A DNA stretch of 64,000 nucleotides from the human T2T-CHM13v2.0 reference genome, Homo sapiens (GCF_009914755.1 NC_060942.1), one strand, 5' to 3'. Counted from the first letter of the stretch, positions 27,651-40,859 are shown. The notes: generated from the letters alone by a model not told the origin. Made by a program: numbers and translations.

Positions 27651-30600
27651 TCACATGTGCCCTCTGAGGTGAGGATAAATTAATTGCCTTTTGTATCCTC
27701 CATCACAGTGGTCCCCAACCTTTTTGGCACCAGGGACCCATTTTGTGGAAGAAAGTTTTTCTGGGGGCTGATGGGGGGAATGGTTTCAGGATGAAACTGC
27801 TCCACCTCAGATCATCAGGTATTAGTTAGATTCTCATAAGGAGCATGCAAACTAGATCTCTCGCATTTGCAGTTCACAATAGCATTTGTGCCCCTATGAG
27901 AATCTAATGCCACAGCTGATCTGACAGGAGGCGGAGCTCAGGTGGTAATGCTTGCTCACCTGCTGCTCACCTCCTGCTGTGTGGCCCAGTTACTAACAGG
28001 CCACAGACGGTTACTGGTCTGCGACCAGGGGGTTGGGGACCCTTGCTCTGCCATTAAGAAGAACACATGGTGCTCTTTGGCTTTGGAACACAACACATAC
28101 CATATTTAGAAATACTGCTCCAAGCCATTTATTGCATGACTTGGAGCAAGGAAAGGCTCTGCAGCACAAGCCAGGCTACGATGCTAGCTGCCCTGTCACT
28201 TGGACCATATGACCCAGCAAATCCACGATGCTGGAAGTATTCCCAGTGGAGAGACATGAAGTGTGGAGTCTCTGGCAAGCTGCAATAGGAGAGGTGTGTT
28301 ATAGATTTCCTAAGGATTTTGGAGCAAGGCTATGCCTTCTGCAGCAGAGAACTATAAACATTTTGAAAAGCAGATCCCAATGTGTTTTGGGTCCTGGTAG
28401 AGACAGAGCATCTGACCATTGGATATAATTAATCAAGACATCAGAGATGTTTATCATGAGCTGGGTTTTGTGCCACTCAGGTCATAAATTCAAGCAGGCC
28501 AACAGCAATTCATTCTAAGATGGAAGGTGTACAGCTCAGGGATCAGGCATGAGCAGGGCCAGAGGGTAAAAGTAAGCTGCACATGCCTCTTCCTCAGGCC
28601 CCCAAGGCTGGCACCTTGTGGCATTAATGACTCTCCTTCACTTCACACCAAAGATTTTCTTGTGACTACTCTAGAATAATCCTAGGCCTAGTTCATTGTG
28701 TTGGTGTTAGCCAAAATGGACTGCTGTTTCTACTTAAAGCCCCAGTTAAGGTAGCTCTGAAAGACAGTGGGTAGGGGAAATTCTTGCAGTGGGCAGAGCT
28801 TCAAGCCTGTTCATGTACGCCTGCTCACCAACTTAGAAAAGAGGGGAAAAGTATCCAGGCCACACAGAACTGTCTGTCACAGTTGTAGCTGAAATCAGAG
28901 GTTGAAGAAGGGGATGCGATGAAATTTCTGATTTGTAAATGTTCGTGTGTGGCCATGGTCAGGCCTGCTGAATATACAGCTTGAAAAGACCTATTGATGC
29001 AGGAAGAAATAAAAATAGGGTGGATTGGAAGTGCCACCTTCCCCACTGCACACTCTCTGAGCCTCCCTGGCATGGGATAAATCTACCACTCCAAGCCACT
29101 TAATGCCCCACATTAAGACTGTCTTGCCACTGAGTCTTCAAGGTGGCAGCCAGTCATCTCGTAAAAATACTTTGTACAGGAAAGTAGAACAGGCTACAAC
29201 CTTGCTCACTGCTGCAGCAGATCTGGAGGCTGAAATTGCTGTTCATTGTCTTCCTTCTCTCTATTCTAGATTGTCCTTATTGCAATACATAGGAGTGTAT
29301 GTATTTCTGTTGCTTGGACTGTATGACTTAGGGTTCCATAAGAATACATATGGAATCTTGGGCAGCAAATGGCTTGGTTGGTCAGTAAGGGGCCTGAAAG
29401 GGAAAAGATGAGAAAGGAGACAAGGAGGTCTGGGGAAGACGCATGTGGATGATCCCATGGGAGTGGGCACAAATGCTTCCTAGAGAGCATCCACCATGGG
29501 AAGGGTGCCGAACAGCAAGATGGACAATGTGACTCACCCTGTAGAGGCCAGCTTTGTCCCCAGGGCTTGCACAGTAAGCCTATGAATGGAGTAGCCATGG
29601 TGACCAGGATGGAGGTGAGGCATGGGCCCACGGAGATAGCTACTGCCACTGCTGACTGGTGATCTGTCAGTGCAGAGACAGGCCCTGTGCCTTTGATCAG
29701 CCAGCCACTTGAGGCATCTTGACTACACCAGGGCCCTTCTACCTTGGAAAGGGCAGCAAATCCTTTTTCCTGGTGTTGCTACCTCTGGTGTTAAGCTGAG
29801 GGTTTCTGGAGTGCCTGATTTATCTACATATGATGCCTCATCACATCACTGTAGATTAAGAGGCCCATGTTGTGGCAAATTAGGTGCAATAAGGGTTGCA
29901 TGACCGGGGGTTCACTGATGTGGTTATATACCGCAACTAGGGGAAGCCATGGACCTAATAGAATGATGGGATGGCTTGTTAAAAACTCAGTTTCCCAGAG
30001 TCAAACCATAAAGGTAAACAAAAAACAACAACAAAATATATATATATATATATATATATATTTAAAAACTCAGTTAAGGTTCCCAACTCAAGGATGATAC
30101 ACTGGGATTGGCTATTGTCATTCAGGATATAGCTGATACGTGGTACCAGTTGCTGGAACACACAGATTCGGGAATCAAGGGTAGATACAGGATTGGTCCC
30201 TCTCACCATCACTCTCAGTGATCCACTAGCACCAAGGTGAAAGAATGTCTAACATTCAGAAAATACACTCAAGAATAGGTCTGAAATCCAGGAGAATGTC
30301 TCTTGGTGCCATGGGCCCTTGTAGCAAGCATGGCCTGAAAAAGCGAAGTCACCTGAGGGCTCAGACCCCCAGGGATATCAATAAGTGTCAACCCATCAGG
30401 CAAGCAACCTGGAACAGCCCAAATGCTGAAAATGAGGAAAATCCTGAATAGAGGCTGGAGAAGGAAGACAATGAACAGCAACGTCAGCCCCTGGATTTAC
30501 AGCAGCAGGGAGCAGGGTTGTAGCTCCTTCTGTTAACTTTCTTGTATGAAATCTTTTTGCTAGATGTCTGGCTACCACCTTGAAGACCCAGTAACAGAAT

Positions 30601-30655
30601 GGACTTAATGAATGTGGGGCATGGGTGGATCAGAGTGGTGCAAGCAGGGAGTAGA
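27650..30655 (+). mobile_element. ERVL-class internal remnant (pol RT-connection/RNase H/integrase fragments; ERV3-16A3/HERV16-like)
   Basis: Broken translations LFGF..QHIPYLEILL, AALSLGPYDPANP, LEV...VWSLWQAAIGE, the RNase H motif gcagtgggcagagcttcaagc (QWAELQ) and gaggtctggggaaga (EVWGR) resemble ERVL pol. Many frameshifts and deletions. Confidence 0.85.
27706..28045 (+). mobile_element. hAT-Charlie MER1B inserted in ERVL pol
   Basis: TIRs cagtggtccccaacc / ggttggggacccttg. Typical internal ttagattctcataaggagc. Confidence 0.9.
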
Positions 30656-31179
30656 CCACTTTCCATGTCCTGCGTCACATCCCCTTCCTCGGCCTCTGAC
30701 CAGCTGCAGCTGTGGCAGGCAGTTCTGTGTGAGCTTGGACTCATGCTGACAGCACCCCGATTTCCATCACACGGAGTGCATCATTCAGATTTCTATTTCA
30801 GCTCCTCCTCCGAAGTCCCAGGAGTCTGTTTGGCTTGTGTGACTCAAGCAGAGCCCAGAAATTAGGGGAGTTAATGGCCCTGGGACAACCCTCAACAATG
30901 GAGGATGGGAGCCGGTAGACATATGCCCCAGCCTCTTTGAGTTGGACAGTTCTGGGAAGCATTCTGTATGTTTTTCAGGAGATCCCAGCGGAATTGAGCC
31001 CCCATTGCTCATGGCAGTGACTTTGATGATGGACCTTATATTGGCTTTTCCTCCTCACTCTCACTTTTTCATTCTCCTCAATTCCTCACTTCTATGTCCT
31101 GAGATCAACTCCCAGTTAAACCACCTGCATCTAAATCCTTGTCTCAATCTCTGCTCCTAGGAGAATTCAAACTAAGACA
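30656..31179 (+). mobile_element. ERVL 3' LTR (LTR16C-like)
   Basis: Motifs ggggagttaatg, ggacaaccctcaacaatgg and cccagcggaattgagccccc. Ends in caaactaagaca, directly downstream of the ERVL internal sequence. Confidence 0.8.
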
Positions 31180-31367
31180 GGAAGGAAAAGGTCAAGTTCA
31201 CTCTGAGCTTGACGTGCTGAAGAGACATCCCGTGGAAATGTGCAGCAGGCAGTGGCCACGTGACTTTTGGAGATGCTGATTTATGTATCAGCATGTGGTG
31301 ACAGATAAAACCACAGGCTAGAGAAAATGCATTCCTAAGAGGCCAGTGCAGAGGCATCCTTCCAAGG

Positions 31368-31585
31368 CAGGGGTTCTCAACCACGAGCCATTTTACCCCC
31401 CAGTAAATATTTGGCAATGCCCGAGGACATTTTTGGTTGTCACAACGGGAACAGGAACCTGCTACTGGCATCTAATGAGTAGAGGTGAAGGATGCTGCTG
31501 AACATCCTACAGTGCACAGGTCAGAACCCCATAACAAAGAATGATCCAGCCCAAAATATCACTAGTGCCGAGGCTGAGAAACCTG
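31368..31585 (+). mobile_element. MER20 (hAT-Charlie)
   Basis: caggggttctcaacc...catttttggttgtcacaac...ctactggcatcta...gctgagaaacctg. 8-bp TSD ttccaagg / ttctaagg. Confidence 0.9.
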
Positions 31586-33203
31586 TTCTAAGGGCATTGC
31601 AAAGTACCATGAGAGTGATGCTGTGAAAGCTGGTTTCACATAGCCAGAGGGGCCAGCAGGCAGTGCTGCAGGGGCCATGGGAAGTAAGAACCAATTATTG
31701 CCCATTGAGCTCAGCACCATGGGGCAGAAGCCAGTGCCTTGAAGGCAGTCGATGAAGATGAGTACAGACTCTTTCCAGGAGCTTTGAGGGGAAGGAAAAG
31801 AGCAAGTGTTTGGGCTTAGCCAGAAGGAGCTGTAGAGTCAAGGAAGAGTTTTAAAAGATACTGGAATGATAAACATCCTGTATATGCTGATGACAAAGCA
31901 CCAGTTGGGACACCAGAAAGGGATGACTGATGGAAGAGAGAGAGCCCCGGGACATAATGTGGTACTCAAAGCCAGATGAACTAACTTGGATCAGGTAAGG
32001 AAAACCTTCCCTGGAAGCTGGAAGGAGGCAAGGGTGGGCATAGTTATACCTACAGTTGTCAGGGAGGAAGGGTAGACTGTCGAGAGAGTTAACCTGTGAG
32101 CCTTTTTTGTTCTTTGCTTGTTTTGCAGGCTATAAGTGCAGAAGTGATAAGGTAGGAGGCCTGGTATTAATACCTCCTTGTTGATTGATTACATATGGTG
32201 GTTTACTGCAGTTTGCATTGCTCTGCTTTCCCGAGGGTCTTCTTGGGAAGTTTGTCCTTCTTTCCTGGTGTGTTTTAGAGGTAAACACAGGGCTATCCCA
32301 GAAACTCGGGTTTCTCTTGAGATGCCAGCTGAGACTCCCGTCTTCTCTGTGGAAAGCCCTGTGGAAACTCAAAGTTCACTCCAAGATGTTTGTGGACTTC
32401 AGGTGTAGGTTCTTGGGGTTACCTCTGCCTCTTGGTTCCTGTGTCTGCATGTGCTCCCTCTGTTCTGCCATGGACTTCAAACTTGGACATGAAACCTTTC
32501 TCTTACTCCACAGAACTGCCAGGGCCCAAGCATTTGGGTGTGGGCTGGGTCTACTGTAGATCTTGTAGTACCCTCGTACCATTTTGTGAGCACCTTGCGA
32601 TCCTCGTTTCTTCACTGCTCCTCATCTGTTTCCCTGCAAATTTCCCCATCTCCAAATCCCTCTTCGACTATTTACCCAGCTGTCCTGAGCTCCCCACCCC
32701 GAAACAGGCTTAGCTCAAACTATCATGGTGCACAGTAGATAAGAAAGCCTCCTTTTAGTCGAATTTACGCTCCAATAGAAGGCGGTTATTGTGAAAAATA
32801 GTGAAAATGTACTATCTGTAAGGCCACAAATTGAGTAGTTAGGGTTTGGGAACCTCAAAGAGGTCTCAACTGGGAAGGCCCCACTCTTCAAAGACCATAG
32901 TCTCATCTGTAAGGAATTAGCTTTGCCAGGGACACTGTAGGGAGTTGAAAGGCACAGCAAAGGTAGAGGCAAATGAAAGGCCCAGGTGGGAAGAGGGTCC
33001 CGGCCAACCCTGCCCCCTCTGCTTGTCTCCAGAGGACTGGCCTAGAGGTCCAGAGGCCTGGCTTCTGGAACTTGCTACTCTACTTATCAGCCTATTATCT
33101 TAGGCCTTGGTATTCTCATCTGTAAAGTGAGTATAGTGAGGTGGGAACAAAGATTTGGTGATATAGGATATATGCTTACCTGCCTCAGTAGCTACTTGAT
33201 ATG

Positions 33204-33502
<299 letters not shown>

Positions 33503-34054
33503 TAATATATTTTACACACTATATCCCGTCTTTGATTTTGCAACAAGAGAAAGGCCCAGGCCTTAATATTTCTTGCTTGGATGTTCAGTATCATAAGCTA
33601 AATGGTTCTACATGATGAGCTAAATGATTCAACAGCTTCCTTCTTCCATGCTGGCCAGTCAGCCAGCCACAGTGGTCTGGGTGGAGACACAAATCCCTGG
33701 GGCCCCTCAGGAGCCTCTGCTCTACCTGAGAAGATGAAATGATTACAGACAAAGCCATCGACCACAGCGGAGACAGTGTGGGACTGATGGCCAGGGAAGA
33801 ATTTGTTTTGGAAATAAAAATGAATTAACATTTTATTTTATTTATTTGATTATTATTATTATTATTTTGTATTTTGAAACTGGAACTCCCTCTCCACAGC
33901 CACGCAGAGCAGAGCCCTCCTGCCCAGGGGCACTTTACCAGGCTCATGATGCAGTCCCGGCAGTGCCCAGCAGAGGCCAACCTAGCTCTTCCCTAGTTCC
34001 GTCTCTGGCAGGAGAACGGAGGACTTGCTTGGAGATTTGGAGGCTGTTTCTCTA

Positions 34055-34300
34055 AGCTAATGTTTTGAAAACTTTGTTGACTATGATTCACAGTCAGACA
34101 TAGATTTTATATCATGAGCCAGTATAGGCTTATGCACATGGATGTTTTGCTGAACAACACTTACTGTCACTACCTGAGTGTATTCTTGTCTATTTCTGTT
34201 CAGGTCTGCCAGATTGGGTCATTTAAAAGATGCTGCTTACACCCACTGGTTGATCTCACAACCCACCAATAGATGGAGACTTGTACTCGGAAACCCACTG
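34055..34300. mobile_element. hAT-Charlie MITE (MER119-like)
   Basis: aaactttgttgactatgattcacagt...ttttatatcatgagccagta...gaaacccactg. Confidence 0.5.
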
Positions 34301-34767
34301 GGAGTCTAGACTGGGCATGTGGGTCCGGTGGTGGGGGAGAGCTTTGGGGTCACCTGATAAAGGGCCTCCCAGCACAATGGTTACTCCACCCCTCTGTGTT
34401 CAGGTTTCCTTGAGGGTCTCTGAAATGGAATGGTAGTAGCACCTACTTGTAGAGTGCTTGTGAAGATTAAGGGGCCGTTGGTGTGAGGTGCTTAGGACAG
34501 TGCTTGCCCCCAGGAGGCGTTCAGTTTCTAACTTTTTCCAGTTAGAAACAAGGATTGCTGTGGAGTGCGCAGCCTGCCTGGGTGTCTCGTGGATTCATTG
34601 ACCCAACCTCTGTTGACACTGGTTACCAAAGATAACAGAGAAAGCTGTGGCCTGGCCGGGGTAGTGGAGGAGCACACAGACAATTAGAATAGATGTGATA
34701 AGGGCTTAGGTGGCGATGACCACCGGGTGCTCTGGGATCATTTGGGCACCTGGAGGACTCCTTAGCT

Positions 34768-35126
34768 CAGCGGCTCTCCGAATGTGGTCTCTGGACCCAC
34801 AGCAGTAGCAGTCTCACCTGGGAACTTGCTAGAAATGTATATTTTCGGACCTTAACCGAGATGTATAGAATCAAAGTCTGGGGCCGTGCCCAGCAATCTG
34901 TTTTCATCAGCCTTCCTGGTAATTCTGATGCCTGCTCCAATTTCAGAATGACTGCACTGCCTTTTGTTACCAGATTTGTTGCAAGTTACAGTCATCTACG
35001 GAGCTTTTGTCTAGGGTGCGCCCTGTACTGATTTAATCGCAATGTCTAGGAGTGGGAGTCAGGCAGCAGGATTTTTACAAAGATTCCCAGGTAATTCCAG
35101 TGTGCATTAAAGTAGGGGAACCACTA
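34768..35126. mobile_element. Two adjacent MER5-family hAT MITEs
   Basis: cagc..tcacctgggaacttgctagaaatg...ccagcaatctgtttt...ggtaattctgatgc. The second copy ends cccaggtaattcc...gaaccactac. Confidence 0.7.
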
Positions 35127-35299
35127 CCCTAACCCAAACCTGGACAGTGGGGCACCAGAGAAAGCTTCGTGGAGGGGTGTCAGATAAGCAGAAACCTTAA
35201 ATGCAGTTGGGACTTGATAGTGAACATACGTTGGAGGGGAATGTGGAGGGCTAGGAGGCCACTGGTGTCCATAGACATTTCTGAAGAGACTATAATCTA

Positions 35300-35570
35300 G
35301 TGTTAAGAAGCTGGACTACAAGAGTTCAATGTTCCAATGAGCTATGATCATGTCCCTGTACTCTGGGCTGGGTGACAGAGCAAGACGCTGTCTCTAAAAA
35401 TAAAGAAGCTGGGCTATGGGAATAAGTCACCTGGGTGCGAATCCTGCTCCGCCCTTACCAGCTGTGTGACCACAGACAAGTCACTTAACCTCTCTGTTCC
35501 TCTTCCACACGGGGTTTCCGTGAGGATTAAGCACATATAGAAGGCACTGGTGGTATGGGCGTTGTAATCA
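35300..35570 (+). mobile_element. MIR interrupted by an Alu 3' fragment
   Basis: Alu end gggtgacagagcaagacgctgtctctaaaaa. MIR core ccagctgtgtgacc..caagtcacttaacctctctg. Confidence 0.7.
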
Positions 35571-37532
35571 TAAATTGAGCTAAAGGCCCAGCACTAAACC
35601 AGAATGTTTTGGGGAGCTTAAGAGTCGCAAGAGATGGCACCAGCCAGATGAGAGGACAAAGCCACAAAAGGCTCTGGACCTAAAGGCACTGGGAAGCCAT
35701 GGAAAGTGGCATGCATGGGGGAGCCACATGGAGATATGTGTGGATGTGCCAGAGAGCAACAAGGTGGAGGAGAGCAATCAGGGAGGGGCTCGTCCCCAAG
35801 AGACGGGGGAGATGTGACAGTGCCTGCCTGCCAGAGAGATGACTGAAGAGCTGAGATGGTGAAATAGGCAGGACTTGGAGACAGATTAGATTAGGTAGGA
35901 GTGGGAGAGGAGATGAAGAAATGTCCCTATTTCTGGGCTGGACGAATGAGGTGGTTGTGTCCTGATTTGGGGCACCCTTGCACACCCAGTTCCAGCACCA
36001 GGCTCTCTCTGTTCTGTAGACCGAGGCTGGGCCATAGGCATAGTGAGAGGAGCCTGCTGACTCACACTTCCCCCCACCCGACTTCCCAGGAACAATTTGA
36101 GTGTTTTGGAGTCATTCGTCATCCCTCGGTTGAAGACAGTGAAGGCCCATCCAGGCAGACTTACTTCTTGTTACTTGAATGTGTCGTGCATGTTCCCACC
36201 TCCAGGACTTTGCCCACACCTCCGCCTTTCCTCCCTGTCTACCAGAACCCAGCTGACCATCATCCCCTCCTCCACAACACAACCCTCCTTTAAGGCTCAC
36301 CGCCTTGAGCCCTCCTGACCTCAGCGATTGTCCTGGAAGTGGGCAGCAGTCATGGATTGCTAGTCAATAGGATGTCAGTCCCTGCACCTGTGGCAACTGA
36401 AATATTAAGCTCCTGGAAGCTGAAAAGTGCCTCCCAGGTCTCTGCCCCTCCCAAGATGCCTGGCCTAGTGTTTTGTCAGACAGATGTAGGATGAGGGCCC
36501 TGATTGGACTGGGAGGAAAACACAATTCAATTACCAGCCAGGAAGGACTTGTTGAGAATTAGATTATCAGCCCCTGGGGGCTCGGTGGGAGAGAACAAAG
36601 GGTGGAAACTTCTCACAGGATTGCCCTCCCTGGGTCTCAGGGCATTGGGTATATCAGTTTCTGTAATGTGGTGCCTCTCCCATCCAGCAAGAGAGGTGGA
36701 GACAGCTGGGCTGAGCCCTCTTTGGCCTCTGCCAAATCCCCTCCAGTCAGCTTCTCCCGGTGCCTGGAGGTAGAGGTGAAAGATGACACCAGCACCCACA
36801 AGAGGCAGGACCACGGCCAGTGCTCTAGAAAAACCACTTGGCCCCTAAGGACTCCCTTACTGTGTGCCTATGGCCATGTTAGGTGCTGCACAGGACGTGC
36901 CAGAAATATTCAGATGGAAGCCTCAGAAATCATAGAAAGCCCCAGAAACAATGCCAGGGTAGAGGAAGTAAGAACTTGGACTTTGGACCCAGATAAACCC
37001 AGGTTTGGACCCTGAAATTGTTCACTGTCTAAGGCTCAGTGCAGGAGCCTGAACCTCTCTGAATCAGTTTCTTCATCTGCTAAATGGTCATAATAGCAGC
37101 TGTTATTCAAGTGATTAAAACTTTACACACACACATATATATTCAAAAGTATGATACAGTGCTAAGTGATACACGTGATGAAGCATTGTGAAGTCCTTGA
37201 GCGTGGTGTCTGGCATAGAGCAAGCTCCCAGTATGTGGCAGCTATTACTACTGCTGTTGTTTCATTCTGGTTCTGAATAATTACCACAATTGCAGGAAGG
37301 GAGAGTCCACCGAGTGGTCCTGAATGGCCGGAGAAGGAGACAGGACTTTTAGGATGAGTTCAGAAAGAGAGGAAGGACCAACCAGCCAGAGGGAGCAAAA
37401 TGTCCCGATTTCCAAAAAGTGAAGAACATGATTCCTGGGATGTAAGCTTAACGACACTCAGTAGCATTCTAGAATTATTAAACAGGTGGTTTGGGAGCAC
37501 TTTGCGAAGAACTGTGCCCATCCTGGAATTAA

Positions 37533-37941
<409 letters not shown>

Positions 37942-39304
37942 AATAATTTTTTTTCATTCACGTCACATATTTATTGTCAGCATCATAGGAAATGCAAAGG
38001 GTATCATCACAAGGCACTGAACGAAGTCTCCCATGCTCTCTGTGTGGTCATGAGAAAGTGATGTGTGAACAGGGGGATGTCCCGTTAGGCGAAGTCCATG
38101 ACAGTGGAAGCCAAGGGGCTCTAATCCAGTCACTGGAGGGTCAGAGGAGCACCCTGACCCTCTCTCTGATGGGGAGGGATGGCACATTAGAGAATGTCAG
38201 TGGCTCTGGAGGCGCCAGCCATTTAAGAGTGAAAAGCAATAGCAGGACAACAGAGAAGTAACATCATACATGAAATTATTCTTTGTAATAATGGCAGTAA
38301 TATACATTCATGGTAAGAAATTGGGAAAATACAGAAGATTGTAAAGAAGTAACTAAAAGACACCTACAATTCTAACTGAATGGCATGATTTAATAACACG
38401 GCTGACAAGAATTACCGGCAGAGTGGAATTTAGGTAATATAGAAGATGGCAAGGGGTTCAGAATTGTTGAACCTAGAAAAGGGGTCATGCTCTCAGTTTT
38501 TGAGGAGTCAACAGGCTGTCAGGAAGAATCTGTAGTCTATCGGGTACCATTCAAGGGGGCATGAGTAGAACACAGAGGCTCAGAGAGGCCAATTTCAGCT
38601 CATGGACAATGGGAAGAGCGTTCCAGGAAGAAATTCTCCCTCAGGGGTCAGGCTGCCTTGGGAGGGAGGGGAGTGCCCATTCCTGGGAGTATTCAGTGGA
38701 AGCTAGTTCTTGTGTCACTTTCTTCTCTGAATGTTACTGAAGATTCCCTGCCCTTCTCTGGCTCCTTTCAATGCTAAGATTGTATATCTATAGGTGAAGA
38801 CATGGAGGCAGAAATAAATGTGTTTAGTTATCGCTAAGGGAAATAAACATGATGCAAAACAGTGTGCTCTCAATTTTGTTGGAAGAATATAGTTAAATTC
38901 ATTGAAAAGAGATGGCAAAGAAGTGAATATTAATGCTTGGACTGTGGGAGATGTTTTCACCTTTGGATTGTTTTGATTTTTCCAACTTTTCTACAGTTGA
39001 CTTATTTTAAAACCCAGTAATGTATCTGCTACATGTGTGAAGTACTTTCTCTACTGAAACAATAGATTAGGGCAGGGGCAGGAGGGAGTTTTTTTGTAGG
39101 TATGTACATAGGGTGGGATGGATTGCAGAGGGCCTTGAAAGTCAGGCAGGACTGTTTAGATTTGAAGGTCACTATAGTGGCAATGAAAATGACTTTATTT
39201 GCTAAACCAAACTCAGGACTGATAATCTAACAAACAATAGCATGTTAATGGGGATAAGAGGACAGAATACAGTATTTGAAATTGCAAAACTCTCTGAAAA
39301 ATCA

Positions 39305-39675
39305 TGTCTTAGCTTGGGTTGCCATAACAGAATACCATAGATTGGGTAGCTTAAATAAAAGAAATTAATTTTCTTACAGTTCTGGAGGCTGGAAAGTCAA
39401 GATCAAAGTCCATCAGAGTTCAGGTTCTGGTGAGAGCTCTCCTCCTGGGCTGCAGACGACTACCTTTCCATTTTGTCCCGACTGGTAGAGAGAGGGAACG
39501 CCATACTCTCTTCCTTTTCTTATAAGGACACCAATTTCATCATAGGGTCCACACCCTCATGACCCCATCTAAACCTAATTGCCTCTGAAAGTCCCCATCT
39601 CTAAATACTATGACCTTGGGGCTTAGGGCTTCAACATATGAATTTCAGGAGGACACACACATTCAGTCCATAACG
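39305..39675 (-). mobile_element. MaLR solo LTR (MLT1A-like)
   Basis: tgtcttag..gccataacagaataccataga...cagttctggaggctggaaagtcaagatcaa...gcttcaacatatgaattt...cattcagtccataac. Confidence 0.88.
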
Positions 39676-40549
39676 ATCAGTATTACAATTGGGAGCCTCA
39701 TGGGATTCTTAAGATAGTGACATTCATTTGCTTATTCATTCATTTAGCTTAGTAACATTTATGAAGCCCTAGCTATGTGCTAGACGCTGATGTGCATATG
39801 ATGTAATTAGGTCTTGTGGGAGCTGAGTATGGGACACCCTGGAAGATGAAAGTTAAATTCATCAGGTCAGTTAGCAGGTCCCTGAAAATCTGGGTGAGGG
39901 ATCTAAGTCTCAGGAACAGGAGTGGTGAGGATAGGAATTCTGGTGATATTTAAAGAAAGCCTTTGCTTGCTTCGCAGTTGCGCTAAGGGTTCTTTTCATT
40001 ACCCTGAACAGGGTAGGGTAAACAGTAGGCACTCAACATACATTAGGTAAGTAATGGGAATGTTTCTGTGGGTAGAAGGGCTTGAACTGAACCTCAAATG
40101 AAGAATAATTATTAATCAACATTTTGTTGCAATAAACATACCCTGAATTCTTACCGTATGCCAGCTATATTGCTTAATGCTAAAGCTACAAGGAAGAGAC
40201 GTAGCCATCACCCCAGAGGCATCCACAAAACGACAGTCTGAGAGGAGAGACACAAATGTAAGCAATGAAAGCACTTAGAACAGACTAATGTAATGTGAAC
40301 TGTGAGCCCAGATAGAGGTACAATTATTCTAGTCTGTAGGGGTCAAGGAAGACACCAGAGAGGAGGTGACATCTGAATTGGGCACACGGAGAATTCTCTG
40401 GGATGGTCCATGGGTGGGATGGATGGTGGAAATCATTCCCAGCAGATGGAAAAACAAGGTCTACGATATGGTGGCGAAACGATGGCATGGTCCTTCTCAG
40501 TCTACTTTGTGTTTGCATTTATTTCCAGCATTCCTTAAAAGCTGGTTGG

Positions 40550-40859
40550 GGGCTGGGTGCCTGTAATCCCAGCTCCTTGGGAGGCTGAGGCAGGAGGACT
40601 GCTTGAGCCCAGGAGTTTGAGACCACTCTGAGCAACATACGGAGATCTCATCTTTATAAAAAATAAAAAATTAGCCGGGGCATGGTGGCACATACTTGTG
40701 GTCCCAGCTACTCAGGAGGCTGAGGTGCGAGGATGGCTTGATCCTGGGATGTTAAGGCTGCAGTGAGCCGTGATCATGCCACTGCACTCCAGCCTGGGCG
40801 ACAGAGTGAGACTCCGTCTCAAAAAAAAAAAAAAAAAAAAAAGAAACAAAAAACAAAAA
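40550..40859 (+). mobile_element. Alu (AluJ-like), sense
   Basis: Dimer with long A tail. Flanking gctggttg repeat. Confidence 0.92.
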
